NCBI GenBank assembly: GCA_022652985.1
Contig: JALCRY010000006.1
Span: 284 to 64,283 of the forward strand
Source of the DNA: Eubacteriaceae bacterium
GTDB taxonomy: Bacteria > Bacillota > Clostridia > Peptostreptococcales > Anaerovoracaceae
DNA length: 64,000 nucleotides
Direction: 5' to 3'
Part shown: one piece after another, positions 27,658 to 36,470 of the stretch
Layout: every line of letters starts with the position of its first letter
Position numbering within the stretch: the first letter of the stretch is position 1
Notes under the pieces: generated by a model
Database searches by the model: none
Told to the model about the DNA's origin: nothing
The model's input: the letters and a program-made list of their open reading frames with translations, nothing else
Made by a program: the position numbers and the translations under genes

Positions 27658-28404
27658 ATGGAAAACAATCTGAAAGAAATACTGAAGCAGGTCGCGGACG
27701 GTTCGCTTTCAGCGGATGAGGCGGCTGAAAAGCTGGAACAGCTGAGCGGCATGGTATCGATGCCGTATGCCGATCTCGATACTGACAGAAAGAGAAGGAC
27801 CGGAGCGCCGGAAACCATCTACTGTCCGGGCAAGACCTCGAAACAGATCGCGGAGATCGCAAAAAAACTGTCTGAAACAGCGGATAACATTATGGCCACA
27901 AGGGCGACTCCGGAAAATTACGAAGCGGTGAAAGCCCTGATCCCGGACTGTACATATTATGAAGACGCACGCATCATCCTGGTGAACAAAAACATCAGGC
28001 AGGAAACTGACGGGTACATCGCGGTCATTACTGCAGGAACGGCAGATATCCCCGTCGCGGAGGAGGCTGCACTTACGGCAGAGATCCTCGGGAACAAAGT
28101 CGAGCGTGTATACGATGTGGGAGTCGCCGGCATACACAGACTGTTTGCGCGTCTCGACGTTATTACCGGGGCGGATGCAGTAATAGTCATTGCGGGCATG
28201 GAAGGTGCACTGGCGAGTGTAGTTGGCGGTCTCGTGAAGGCACCGGTAGTTGCGGTCCCGACTAGCATAGGCTACGGAGCTAATCTGCAGGGTCTGTCGG
28301 CGCTGCTGTCGATGCTCAACAGCTGTGCGAACGGCGTCGGTGTCGTAAATATAGACAACGGTTACGGAGCGGCATGCCTGGCTTCGAAAATAAATCATAA
28401 ATAA
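27658..28404 (+). CDS. larB: LarB, nickel-pincer cofactor biosynthesis (NaAD carboxylase/hydrolase, PurE-like)
   Basis: 248 aa. DLDTDRKRRTGAPETIYCPGKT and AGTADIPVAEEA...AGMEGALASVVGG...VPTSIGYG match the LarB pattern. Confidence 0.85.
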   Translation: MENNLKEILKQVADGSLSADEAAEKLEQLSGMVSMPYADLDTDRKRRTGAPETIYCPGKTSKQIAEIAKKLSETADNIMATRATPENYEAVKALIPDCTYYEDARIILVNKNIRQETDGYIAVITAGTADIPVAEEAALTAEILGNKVERVYDVGVAGIHRLFARLDVITGADAVIVIAGMEGALASVVGGLVKAPVVAVPTSIGYGANLQGLSALLSMLNSCANGVGVVNIDNGYGAACLASKINHK

Positions 28405-28414
28405 CGGAGGAAAA

Positions 28415-29164
28415 ATGAAAAAGCTTTATATAGATGCAAACAGCGGCGCGGCAGGTGATATGGTGCTTGATGCTCTCATGGGACTGGGTGCGGATCCCCG
28501 GTATGTTGCGGAGGGCATAAAGGCGCTGCGGCTGGAGACCTATCCGGGGAGCGATATGGGACACGAGCATGAAGCGGAGCATACGCATAAAGATGAAGAG
28601 GGACATATCTATACTCACACGCATGCGCTCAGACACCGCACATTTTATGATGTGAAAAATATTATAGGGCACGCCGCGATAGACGAATCTGTCAAGAAGA
28701 CGGCTATCGGCATATACACAGTTATCGCCTCGGCGGAGGCGGCGGTGCATGACACGAAAAGGATCATGGTGGAGTTCCACGAGGTCGGCCGCGACAGAGC
28801 GATATCTCATGTCACAGGTGTGGCTCTGGCGCTGGAAAGCCTCGGAATAAGCACGGACGCAGGTGATGAGATATTTGTATCAGATGTCGTCGACGGGACC
28901 GGAACAGTCATGGCCGCACACGGATTGATGACGGTGCCTGTACCTGCAGTCAGAAAGATGGCCGAACAGAACGGGATCATCATACGGCAGGAGGACATTC
29001 CTATGGAGATGATCACGCCTACGGGACTGGGAATGGTGATCGGCATGGGAGCGGTGCAGATCTCGAATGAAGAAATGGAAGAAGCTGTTAAGGGCGCTGA
29101 GTTCGGAGTCGGCAGAGGAACACGCGATACCGGCAAGCCTGGGCTGAGGATATTTGTCATATAG
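28415..29164 (+). CDS. larC: LarC-like nickel insertion protein, N-terminal (LarC1) module only
   Basis: 249 aa. MKKLYIDANSGAAGDMVLDAL start, His-rich stretch HEHEAEHTHKDEEGHIYTHTH, FHEVG, and it ends at ...GVGRGTRDTGKPGLRIFVI. The ~120-aa C-terminal domain of full-length LarC is absent. Confidence 0.75.
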   Translation: MKKLYIDANSGAAGDMVLDALMGLGADPRYVAEGIKALRLETYPGSDMGHEHEAEHTHKDEEGHIYTHTHALRHRTFYDVKNIIGHAAIDESVKKTAIGIYTVIASAEAAVHDTKRIMVEFHEVGRDRAISHVTGVALALESLGISTDAGDEIFVSDVVDGTGTVMAAHGLMTVPVPAVRKMAEQNGIIIRQEDIPMEMITPTGLGMVIGMGAVQISNEEMEEAVKGAEFGVGRGTRDTGKPGLRIFVI

Positions 29165-29221
29165 TACGCTTTTTATTGACATTTCACGCAAAAACGATAG
29201 AATAGGAACATATAATTTAAT

Positions 29222-29409
29222 AGGACGCTGACCGGGAGGAGTAAGGAGACGGCACCCTACAGAGAAGGAAACACGAGGCTGAGATGTTTCCGGGATGAGC
29301 ATCTTCCGAAGGTTGCCCGTGAGTCCATACCAATGTGAGAGCTGCGCTTCGGCGCGGAATAAAGGTGGTACCGCGGAAAATCTCCGTCCTTTAGCAGGAC
29401 GGTTTTTTT
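29222..29409 (+). ncRNA. T-box riboswitch leader (likely Val specifier GUU) with terminator, controlling valS
   Basis: AGAGA-type stem I elements, candidate specifier GAA-GGUUG, T-box sequence AAAGGTGGTACCGCGG (29361-29376), terminator CCGTCCT-TTAGC-AGGACGG + TTTTTTT (29384-29409). Confidence 0.85.
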
Positions 29410-29438
29410 ATACGACGAAACGTTAAGGAGAAACAGAG

Positions 29439-32120
29439 ATGGAAAAGAATTTGGCAAAGACCTACAATCCAAAAGATTTTGAAGAGAGGATCTATAACGA
29501 CTGGGAAAAGAACGGCGCATTCAGGGCCTACAGAGACCCTGACAAAAAACCGTACACCATCGTTATGCCGCCTCCGAATATTACCGGTAAACTCCATATG
29601 GGACATGCGCTCGACCAGACACTACAGGATGTTCTTATCAGATGGAGAAGAATGCAGGGATACAGCGCGCTCTGGCTTCCGGGATCTGACCATGCCAGCA
29701 TAGCCACAGAGGTCAAGGTCGTCAATAAGCTCAGAGAAGAAGGTATAGACAAGGAAGAACTGGGAAGAGAAAAATTCCTGGAAAAGGCCTGGGAATGGAA
29801 AAAGGAATACGGCGGCAAGATAACCGAGCAGTGCAGAAAGCTGGGAGATTCGTGCGACTGGGAGCGCGAAAGATTTACTCTGGACGAAGGCTGTTCGAAT
29901 GCGGTCAAGGAATTCTTCATCAAACTGTATGAAAAGGGACTTATATATAAAGGAAACAGACTGATCAACTGGTGTCCGGACTGCGGCACGACGCTTTCGG
30001 ATATCGAGGTCGAACATGAGGACAAGGAAGGCGAATACTGGTATTTCAGATATCCGGGCGCAGACGGGAGCGACGGTATCGTAGTCGCGACTTCGCGTCC
30101 AGAGACAATGTTCACGGATGTGGCCGTAGCGGTCAGCCCGGGGGACGAGAGATACAGCGACATGGTCGGCAAGACGGTCCTGATACCTCTGCTCAACAAA
30201 GAGATACCTGTCATTGAAGACGAGTATCCTGATCCGGAAAAAGGAACAGGCGCTGTGAAGATCACGCCGGCTCATGATCCTAACGACTTTGAAGTGGGGC
30301 AGAGACATGGTCTGGCCTGCGAATCCTGCATGAATTTCGATGCGACGATGAACGAAAAGGCAGGCAAGTACGAGGGCATGGACAGATATGAATGCAGGAA
30401 GGCCTGGGTGGAGGACCTCAAAGCCGCCGGATATCTCGTCAAGGAAGAGAGAATGTCGATTCCTGTGGGAACGTGCTACAGATGTCATACTGCGGTCGAG
30501 CCGATGCTGTCGGATCAGTGGTTCGTAAAGATGGATGAGCTGGCTAAGCCTGCCATTGAAATTGCCAAAAACAAGGATCTGCAGCATGTGCCTGACAGAT
30601 TCGAAAAGATATATCTGCACTGGCTGGAGAACATCAGAGACTGGTGCATTTCGAGACAGCTGTGGTGGGGGCACAGGATACCTGCGTATTACTGCGACGA
30701 CTGTGGTGAAATGATGGTGGCCGCTGAGGCGCCTGCGAAGTGCACGAAGTGCGGAAGCACTCATATACATCAGGACGAAGACGTGCTGGACACATGGTTC
30801 AGTTCAGCCCTCTGGCCGTTCTCGACACTGGGCTGGCCTGAAAAAACAGAGGATCTCGAGTATTTCTATCCAACCGATGTGCTGGTAACGGGATACGATA
30901 TCATCTTCTTCTGGGTAGTCAGGATGGCGTTTTCAGCTATGGAGGCAATGGGAGAATCCCCGTTCAAATATGTATATGTGCACGGTCTTGTCAGAGACGC
31001 GCAGGGAAGAAAGATGAGCAAATCTCTCGGCAACGGCATCGATCCGCTGGAGATCATCGACCAGTACGGAGCGGACGCACTGAGATTCATGCTGATGAAC
31101 GGCGTTACGCCGGGCAACGATATGAGATTCCAGACAGAAAAGCTGGAATCGGCGAGAAACTTCGCGAACAAGCTCTGGAACGCATCGAGATTCACGATCA
31201 TGAATCTGCAGGACGAAAACGGGGATTTTCTCGCCATGGCAGATCCTGATTCGGCGGAACTGAAGGATGAAGACAAGTGGATCATCAGCAGAGTGAATGA
31301 CGCTGTGAAATATGTCACCGAGGCGATGGAAAAATTCGATCTGTCGCTCGCGGCGCAGAGAATATACGATCTCATATGGAACGAATTCTGCGACTGGTAT
31401 ATTGAGATAATCAAGGGCAGACTTTACGGCGATGATGAAGAGGACAAGAAAATCGCGAGGATGGTGCTGGTCAGAGTGCTGAAAGATATGCTCAGAATGC
31501 TGCATCCGTATATGCCTTTTATCACAGAGGAGATATGGAGCTTCCTGCCGCAGGACGAACCTGCGGAAAGCAATCCGCAGAACTATCTGCTGCTTGAAAA
31601 GTGGCCGGAATATGATCCGGCGGAAGAATATCCGGAAGAGACGCGCAAACTGATCGCGGCGATGGATGCGATAAAATCCATCCGAAACATACGCGCTGAG
31701 GCTGACGCAGCTCCGGGCAAGGCTCTGACGGCTGTAATACTGCCGAAGGAAGGCGAAAAGGAAACGCTGGAGGCAGGAGAACGATATATCGGCAAGCTGG
31801 CCAATATTACATCATTCGCATACATCGGCGACAAGGCGGATGTTCCTGAAGAAGTAATGTCGGCGGTAACACCGGACTGCGAGATCTTCATACCTCTCGC
31901 CGAGCTCGTCGACTACAAAGCCGAAGTTGAAAGACTGAAAGGCGAAAAGAAGAGACTTGAAGGCGAAGTGAAGAGGGGTGAAGGAAAACTGTCCAACAAG
32001 GGCTTCGTGGAAAAGGCTCCGGAAAAAGTCGTCAGCGAAGAAAAGGAAAAGCTGGTCAAGTATAAGGAAATGCTGGCCAAGGTATGCGAGACGATAGAAA
32101 TGATGGAAAAAAAGATATGA
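29439..32120 (+). CDS. valS: Valine--tRNA ligase
   Basis: 893 aa. PPPNITGKLHMGH (HIGH), KMSKSLGN (KMSKS), C-terminal coiled coil. Confidence 0.97.
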   Translation: MEKNLAKTYNPKDFEERIYNDWEKNGAFRAYRDPDKKPYTIVMPPPNITGKLHMGHALDQTLQDVLIRWRRMQGYSALWLPGSDHASIATEVKVVNKLREEGIDKEELGREKFLEKAWEWKKEYGGKITEQCRKLGDSCDWERERFTLDEGCSNAVKEFFIKLYEKGLIYKGNRLINWCPDCGTTLSDIEVEHEDKEGEYWYFRYPGADGSDGIVVATSRPETMFTDVAVAVSPGDERYSDMVGKTVLIPLLNKEIPVIEDEYPDPEKGTGAVKITPAHDPNDFEVGQRHGLACESCMNFDATMNEKAGKYEGMDRYECRKAWVEDLKAAGYLVKEERMSIPVGTCYRCHTAVEPMLSDQWFVKMDELAKPAIEIAKNKDLQHVPDRFEKIYLHWLENIRDWCISRQLWWGHRIPAYYCDDCGEMMVAAEAPAKCTKCGSTHIHQDEDVLDTWFSSALWPFSTLGWPEKTEDLEYFYPTDVLVTGYDIIFFWVVRMAFSAMEAMGESPFKYVYVHGLVRDAQGRKMSKSLGNGIDPLEIIDQYGADALRFMLMNGVTPGNDMRFQTEKLESARNFANKLWNASRFTIMNLQDENGDFLAMADPDSAELKDEDKWIISRVNDAVKYVTEAMEKFDLSLAAQRIYDLIWNEFCDWYIEIIKGRLYGDDEEDKKIARMVLVRVLKDMLRMLHPYMPFITEEIWSFLPQDEPAESNPQNYLLLEKWPEYDPAEEYPEETRKLIAAMDAIKSIRNIRAEADAAPGKALTAVILPKEGEKETLEAGERYIGKLANITSFAYIGDKADVPEEVMSAVTPDCEIFIPLAELVDYKAEVERLKGEKKRLEGEVKRGEGKLSNKGFVEKAPEKVVSEEKEKLVKYKEMLAKVCETIEMMEKKI

Positions 32121-33424
32121 GTGATGCAGTTAAGAAAATAGAGGAATTTCAGAAGTTCGGAAGTGTGCTCGGTCTCGAGCGCATTTCTGAACTCATGATG
32201 AGACTGGGCAACCCGCAGAAGAAACTCAGGGTAATACATGTGGCCGGCACAAACGGCAAAGGATCGGTATGCAGATATATATATGAAGTACTGGAATCGA
32301 ACGGATACAGAGTCGGACTCTACACGTCTCCGTTCATCGAGTTCTTCAATGAACGCATCGAGTATGATCATGAGTATATTTCCGATGAGGACCTGGAAAA
32401 GTACACGAATAAAGTACTGGAAAAATGTGCGGAAATGACAGCGGACGGCAGTGAATCACCTACGGAATTTGAAGTCGTGACCGCAGTCTGTTTCTGCTAT
32501 TTTGCTGATAAGGATCCGGATTATGTGGTCCTGGAGGTCGGACTCGGAGGGATCGGCGATTCGACGAATATTATCGAATCCCCGCTCGTGTCGGTCATTA
32601 CCGGGATATCGTATGATCATATGGACAGACTGGGCAATACTCTGGAGGAAATCGCGGCGAACAAGGCCGGGATCATCAAAGAAGGCTGTCCTGTCGTTTC
32701 GAACATACCGGCAGAAAATGCAGCAGGAGCTGCCAAAGTAATAGCGAGGACGGCATACAAAAAGCATGCTGTGCTTCATGACGCCTCGAAAGTCAAGATG
32801 TACGAGTACGGTGTCAAAGACCGCAAAATGGTATTTACAGCAGATATAGAAGGGCAGCGCTATGCGGATGTAAAGCTGTCCATGCTGGGTGATCATCAGA
32901 TCATGAATGCCTGCACAGCCCTCACCGCTATTGAAATTTTAAGAAAAAATAGTATAATCAATGTTGTGCGAGATTCGATATATGAAGGCATGGAGAAAGC
33001 CTTCCAGAAGGGCCGATTTGAGATCATCAAAGAAGACCCTGTTTATTTATTGGACGGCGCACATAACCAGGAGGGCATGGAAGCGCTGGTAAAAACAGTC
33101 GACGATGTCTTCCACGGAAGCAGAGTCCTTACGGTCATCGGCATACTTGCGGATAAGGCAGTCGACGACATGCTTGACATGGCGCAGTATCTCGGTGATG
33201 ATTTTATCGTGACCGAACCTGTCAGTCCGAGAAAGATGAGCGCAGAGGAACTGGGAGAAAAATTAAAAAGAAGAAAAAAGAATGTTACAGTTATAGAGGA
33301 GCCGGCCGAGGCGCTTGCCGAGGCACAGCGGAGGGAAGACGGATATGATGTCATCCTGTGCGCGGGGTCCCTCTATCTAATAGGTGAAATAAGGAGGCAT
33401 TTGTCAGATCATGAGTGCAAATAA
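32117..33424 (+). CDS. folC: Folylpolyglutamate synthase/dihydrofolate synthase
   Basis: Start at the ATG at 32117 (ATGA overlap with valS). HVAGTNGKGS P-loop of the Mur-ligase/FolC family. The valS-folC order is conserved in Firmicutes. Confidence 0.9.
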   Translation: MSDAVKKIEEFQKFGSVLGLERISELMMRLGNPQKKLRVIHVAGTNGKGSVCRYIYEVLESNGYRVGLYTSPFIEFFNERIEYDHEYISDEDLEKYTNKVLEKCAEMTADGSESPTEFEVVTAVCFCYFADKDPDYVVLEVGLGGIGDSTNIIESPLVSVITGISYDHMDRLGNTLEEIAANKAGIIKEGCPVVSNIPAENAAGAAKVIARTAYKKHAVLHDASKVKMYEYGVKDRKMVFTADIEGQRYADVKLSMLGDHQIMNACTALTAIEILRKNSIINVVRDSIYEGMEKAFQKGRFEIIKEDPVYLLDGAHNQEGMEALVKTVDDVFHGSRVLTVIGILADKAVDDMLDMAQYLGDDFIVTEPVSPRKMSAEELGEKLKRRKKNVTVIEEPAEALAEAQRREDGYDVILCAGSLYLIGEIRRHLSDHECK

Positions 33425-34316
33425 AAGAGAGAAGGTCCTTCTTTTCTATAATCCGTATTCGGGCAACGGCATGTTCAAAAACAATCTGGATCAGATAATC
33501 GGCAGATTTCAGGACCAGAATTTTCAGGTAGTGCCGGTCAGAGCGGCCAACGGTCATGTGATCGATACCGCGCTTGACGAGATGGATGAAGAGTATTACA
33601 GGCAGATCATCGTTGCCGGCGGAGACGGGACAATAAACATCTGCGTAAATGCGATGATAAGGAACAACGTGACTCTGCCGCTGGCAATTTTCCCGGTCGG
33701 AACAGCGAACGATTTCGCGTATTACTTCGATATCCCGTATGATATCGACGGGATGGTCGATGTGGCGATGGGCGAAAATTTCTGCAATGCGGATGTAGGC
33801 ATCTGCAACGGCAAATATTTTGTAAATGTCGCAGCGCTCGGCCGACTGGTCGATGTGAGCCAGAAGACGGATCCGAATCTGAAAAACACGCTGGGCATAC
33901 TGGCTTATTATCTGAAAGGCGCATCTGAGGTCAAGGATCTTAAACCGATACCTATAAAACTGACGACACCGGAAAAAGTGTATGAAGAGAATATGTTTTT
34001 CATGGTCGTCATGAACGGCATATCCGCCGGCGGATTCAAAAAAATATCGCCTGAGTCGGATGTGACCGACGGCAAACTCGATGTTGTGCTGTTCAGGGAG
34101 ATGCCGCTTTTTGATCTTGCGGCTCTGGCTGTCAAGGTCAAACAGGGAACACATATTGAGGATAAAAACGTATTGTCATTCAAGACAGACAAGCTGCTGA
34201 TAGAATCTCCTGAAAACGTTCCTACGGATGTCGACGGAGAGCACGGACAGAAACTGCCGCTGGAATTCAATGTGCTTCCGAATCGAATCAATATTTTCAC
34301 AAGCAAAGGAGAATAA
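33411..34316 (+). CDS. Diacylglycerol kinase-family lipid kinase (DagK/YegS-like)
   Basis: 301 aa. VAGGDGTINICVNAM and GTANDFA motifs. Confidence 0.85.
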   Translation: MSANKREKVLLFYNPYSGNGMFKNNLDQIIGRFQDQNFQVVPVRAANGHVIDTALDEMDEEYYRQIIVAGGDGTINICVNAMIRNNVTLPLAIFPVGTANDFAYYFDIPYDIDGMVDVAMGENFCNADVGICNGKYFVNVAALGRLVDVSQKTDPNLKNTLGILAYYLKGASEVKDLKPIPIKLTTPEKVYEENMFFMVVMNGISAGGFKKISPESDVTDGKLDVVLFREMPLFDLAALAVKVKQGTHIEDKNVLSFKTDKLLIESPENVPTDVDGEHGQKLPLEFNVLPNRINIFTSKGE

Positions 34317-34319
34317 AAT

Positions 34320-34772
34320 ATGGGAAGACCGCTTTTGAGGCTGGAACAAACCGAGGATTATGAGCCGATAGTAAAGCTGTTCATGGATAATGATCTTGAA
34401 TTCAGCGATGAAGATCCGGTACCGACGGATCTCGTGCAGTGCTGGAGAGTTGTCCATGGAGAAGAAAAGCATCTCTGCGGTGCAGTTGCGCTGGCCAAGA
34501 GAGAAGGAGAATTCATCATAGACGGCATAGCCGTGGAAAAAATCTACAGGAAGACGGGGATAGGCCGGATCATGATGAATAAAGCAATAGAAAAAGTCAG
34601 AGAGCTTGGCGGAACAAAATTGTTTCTCGTAGCAAGAGCTCCGGGTTTCTTCAGAACTTTGGGATTTGAGACCGTGGACAGAAACGACGCACCGTTGTTT
34701 TTTGAATGTGCCACCTGTCCCCAGTACGGAGTAGACTGTCACCCTGAAGTAATGAAGCTGGAGGTCAGATAA
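34320..34772 (+). CDS. GNAT family N-acetyltransferase with a C-terminal Cys motif
   Basis: 150 aa. Acetyl-CoA loop YRKTGIGRIMMNKAIE. Tail FFECATCPQYGVDCHPEVM resembles ArgA-like small GNATs. Confidence 0.75.
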   Translation: MGRPLLRLEQTEDYEPIVKLFMDNDLEFSDEDPVPTDLVQCWRVVHGEEKHLCGAVALAKREGEFIIDGIAVEKIYRKTGIGRIMMNKAIEKVRELGGTKLFLVARAPGFFRTLGFETVDRNDAPLFFECATCPQYGVDCHPEVMKLEVR

Positions 34773-34774
34773 GA

Positions 34775-35794
34775 ATGAAAATAATACTCGACGGAATGGG
34801 CGGAGACAATGCGCCTGCAGAGATAGTAAAAGGCGCGGTCGCGGCATCGCGTGAAATAAGTCATAAAATAGTAATTGTCGGCCGCGAGGAACAGATCGCA
34901 GCCGAACTGTCGAAATATAAATATGATGATTCACAGATCACGATCGTGAACGCGGAAGAAGTCATAGAAATGGAAGATTCCCCGGTCAAAGCCGTAAGGG
35001 CCAAGAAAGACTCGTCCATGGTAAAGGGGCTCCGGATGGTAAAAAGCGGCGAGGGAGATTTATTCATTTCCGCGGGAAGCACTGGAGCACTGCTGGCAGG
35101 GAGCCTTTTCAACATCGGCAGGATAAGGGGAATAGACAGACCGGCGATAGCGAGCATATATCCGATACTCGGACACAACAGACCTTCGCTTCTGGTGGAT
35201 GCCGGGGCCAATGCGGAATGCAAGCTGAACAATCTGATAGAATTTGCCTACATGGGCAGTATATATATGGAAAAAGTCGTGGGCCGCAAGTCGCCGACTG
35301 TGGGGCTGGTGAATATCGGCACTGAAGAGGGCAAAGGCAATCTTCTGTACAAATCAGCGTATGCGGTCCTGAAAAAAAGCGGCCTGAATTTTGTCGGCAA
35401 TGTCGAAGCGCGTGATGTTCCGAAGGGAGCCTGCGATGTGATAGTCTGTGACGGCTTTACGGGAAATGTTATTCTGAAGCTGACAGAGGGCCTGGCCTGG
35501 AACATTTTCAAGATGGTCAAGAATAAGATGACGGACGGCGTCAGGGCCAAAATCGGCGCAGCGCTGCTGCTGACAAAGATAAAAGAAATAAGAAAAGAAA
35601 CCGACTATTCGGAGTACGGCGGAGCTCCGATACTGGGGGTCAAGGGCCCGGTAGTGAAAATGCACGGTTCTTCATCCGCCAACGCAGTGAAAAATACGAT
35701 ACTAAAGGCAATTCCTTACGTTGAGGAAAATGTCGTTTCGATGATACAGGAATCGGTTTATAACATCGAGGAGATATTGGCAAGTGACGAATGA
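34775..35794 (+). CDS. plsX: Phosphate acyltransferase PlsX
   Basis: 339 aa. IILDGMGGDNAP start and CDGFTGNVILK motif. Confidence 0.93.
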   Translation: MKIILDGMGGDNAPAEIVKGAVAASREISHKIVIVGREEQIAAELSKYKYDDSQITIVNAEEVIEMEDSPVKAVRAKKDSSMVKGLRMVKSGEGDLFISAGSTGALLAGSLFNIGRIRGIDRPAIASIYPILGHNRPSLLVDAGANAECKLNNLIEFAYMGSIYMEKVVGRKSPTVGLVNIGTEEGKGNLLYKSAYAVLKKSGLNFVGNVEARDVPKGACDVIVCDGFTGNVILKLTEGLAWNIFKMVKNKMTDGVRAKIGAALLLTKIKEIRKETDYSEYGGAPILGVKGPVVKMHGSSSANAVKNTILKAIPYVEENVVSMIQESVYNIEEILASDE

Positions 35795-36470
35795 AATATT
35801 TCAGAGCAGTATCGGATATAATTTCAAAGATACAACTCTGCTTGAAAAAGCACTGACACACAGTTCATATACGAGAGAGCATTACCTTGGAAGAGAGTGC
35901 TGCAACGAGCGCCTCGAATTTCTTGGAGATGCTTTCTTTGACGCTATAATAGGTGAGGAATTGTTCCGGCGTCTTCCGGCAGAGGAAGAAGGCATGCTGA
36001 CAAAATATCGGGCCGCGGTAGTCTGCGCGCGATCGCTGGCTTCGGAAGGCCGGAAACTGAACATCGGTCCGATCATAAAGCTCGGGCACGGTGAAGATGC
36101 AAGCGGCGGACGTGACAGGGATTCAATAATCGCAGATGCGATGGAAGCAGTAATAGGCGCTGTTTTTCTCGACGGCGGTTATGCCAGTGCAAAGGCAACG
36201 GTGCTGGCTCTTTTCGGAGATACGATTTTAGACGCTCTCGCGGGTAGGCTGCACAGTGATTACAAGACAGAGTTTCAGGAGAAGGTGCAGGCCGACGGAC
36301 CGGCTGATATAAGTTATGTGCTGGAGAAAGAAACCGGTCCCGATCATGAAAAGACATTCTTTGTAAGCCTTTCGGTCAACGGTGAGATCAGAGGCGAAGG
36401 AAAAGGCAAGACAAAAAAAGAAGCAGAACAGAATGCAGCGAAAGATGCATTGACAGAGGAGAGTGACTGA
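35784..36470 (+). CDS. rnc: Ribonuclease III (GTG start)
   Basis: 228 aa. NERLEFLGDA signature and a C-terminal dsRBD (GPDHEKTF...GKGKTKKEAEQNAA). Confidence 0.93.
   Translation: MTNEIFQSSIGYNFKDTTLLEKALTHSSYTREHYLGRECCNERLEFLGDAFFDAIIGEELFRRLPAEEEGMLTKYRAAVVCARSLASEGRKLNIGPIIKLGHGEDASGGRDRDSIIADAMEAVIGAVFLDGGYASAKATVLALFGDTILDALAGRLHSDYKTEFQEKVQADGPADISYVLEKETGPDHEKTFFVSLSVNGEIRGEGKGKTKKEAEQNAAKDALTEESD

Noticed and set aside
29165-29438. Remnant or frameshifted LarC C-terminal domain downstream of the truncated larC
   Set aside because: The interval is fully accounted for by a promoter and the Val T-box leader. No ORF in any frame resembles LarC2.
29622-30770. 382-aa antisense ORF within valS. 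Similar cases: 22500-23381 opposite xerD, 43842-44696 opposite miaB, 33351-34154 opposite the lipid kinase, 13118-13888 opposite the kinase.
   Set aside because: All are opposite confidently identified genes, lack start contexts and have compositions typical of antisense frames.
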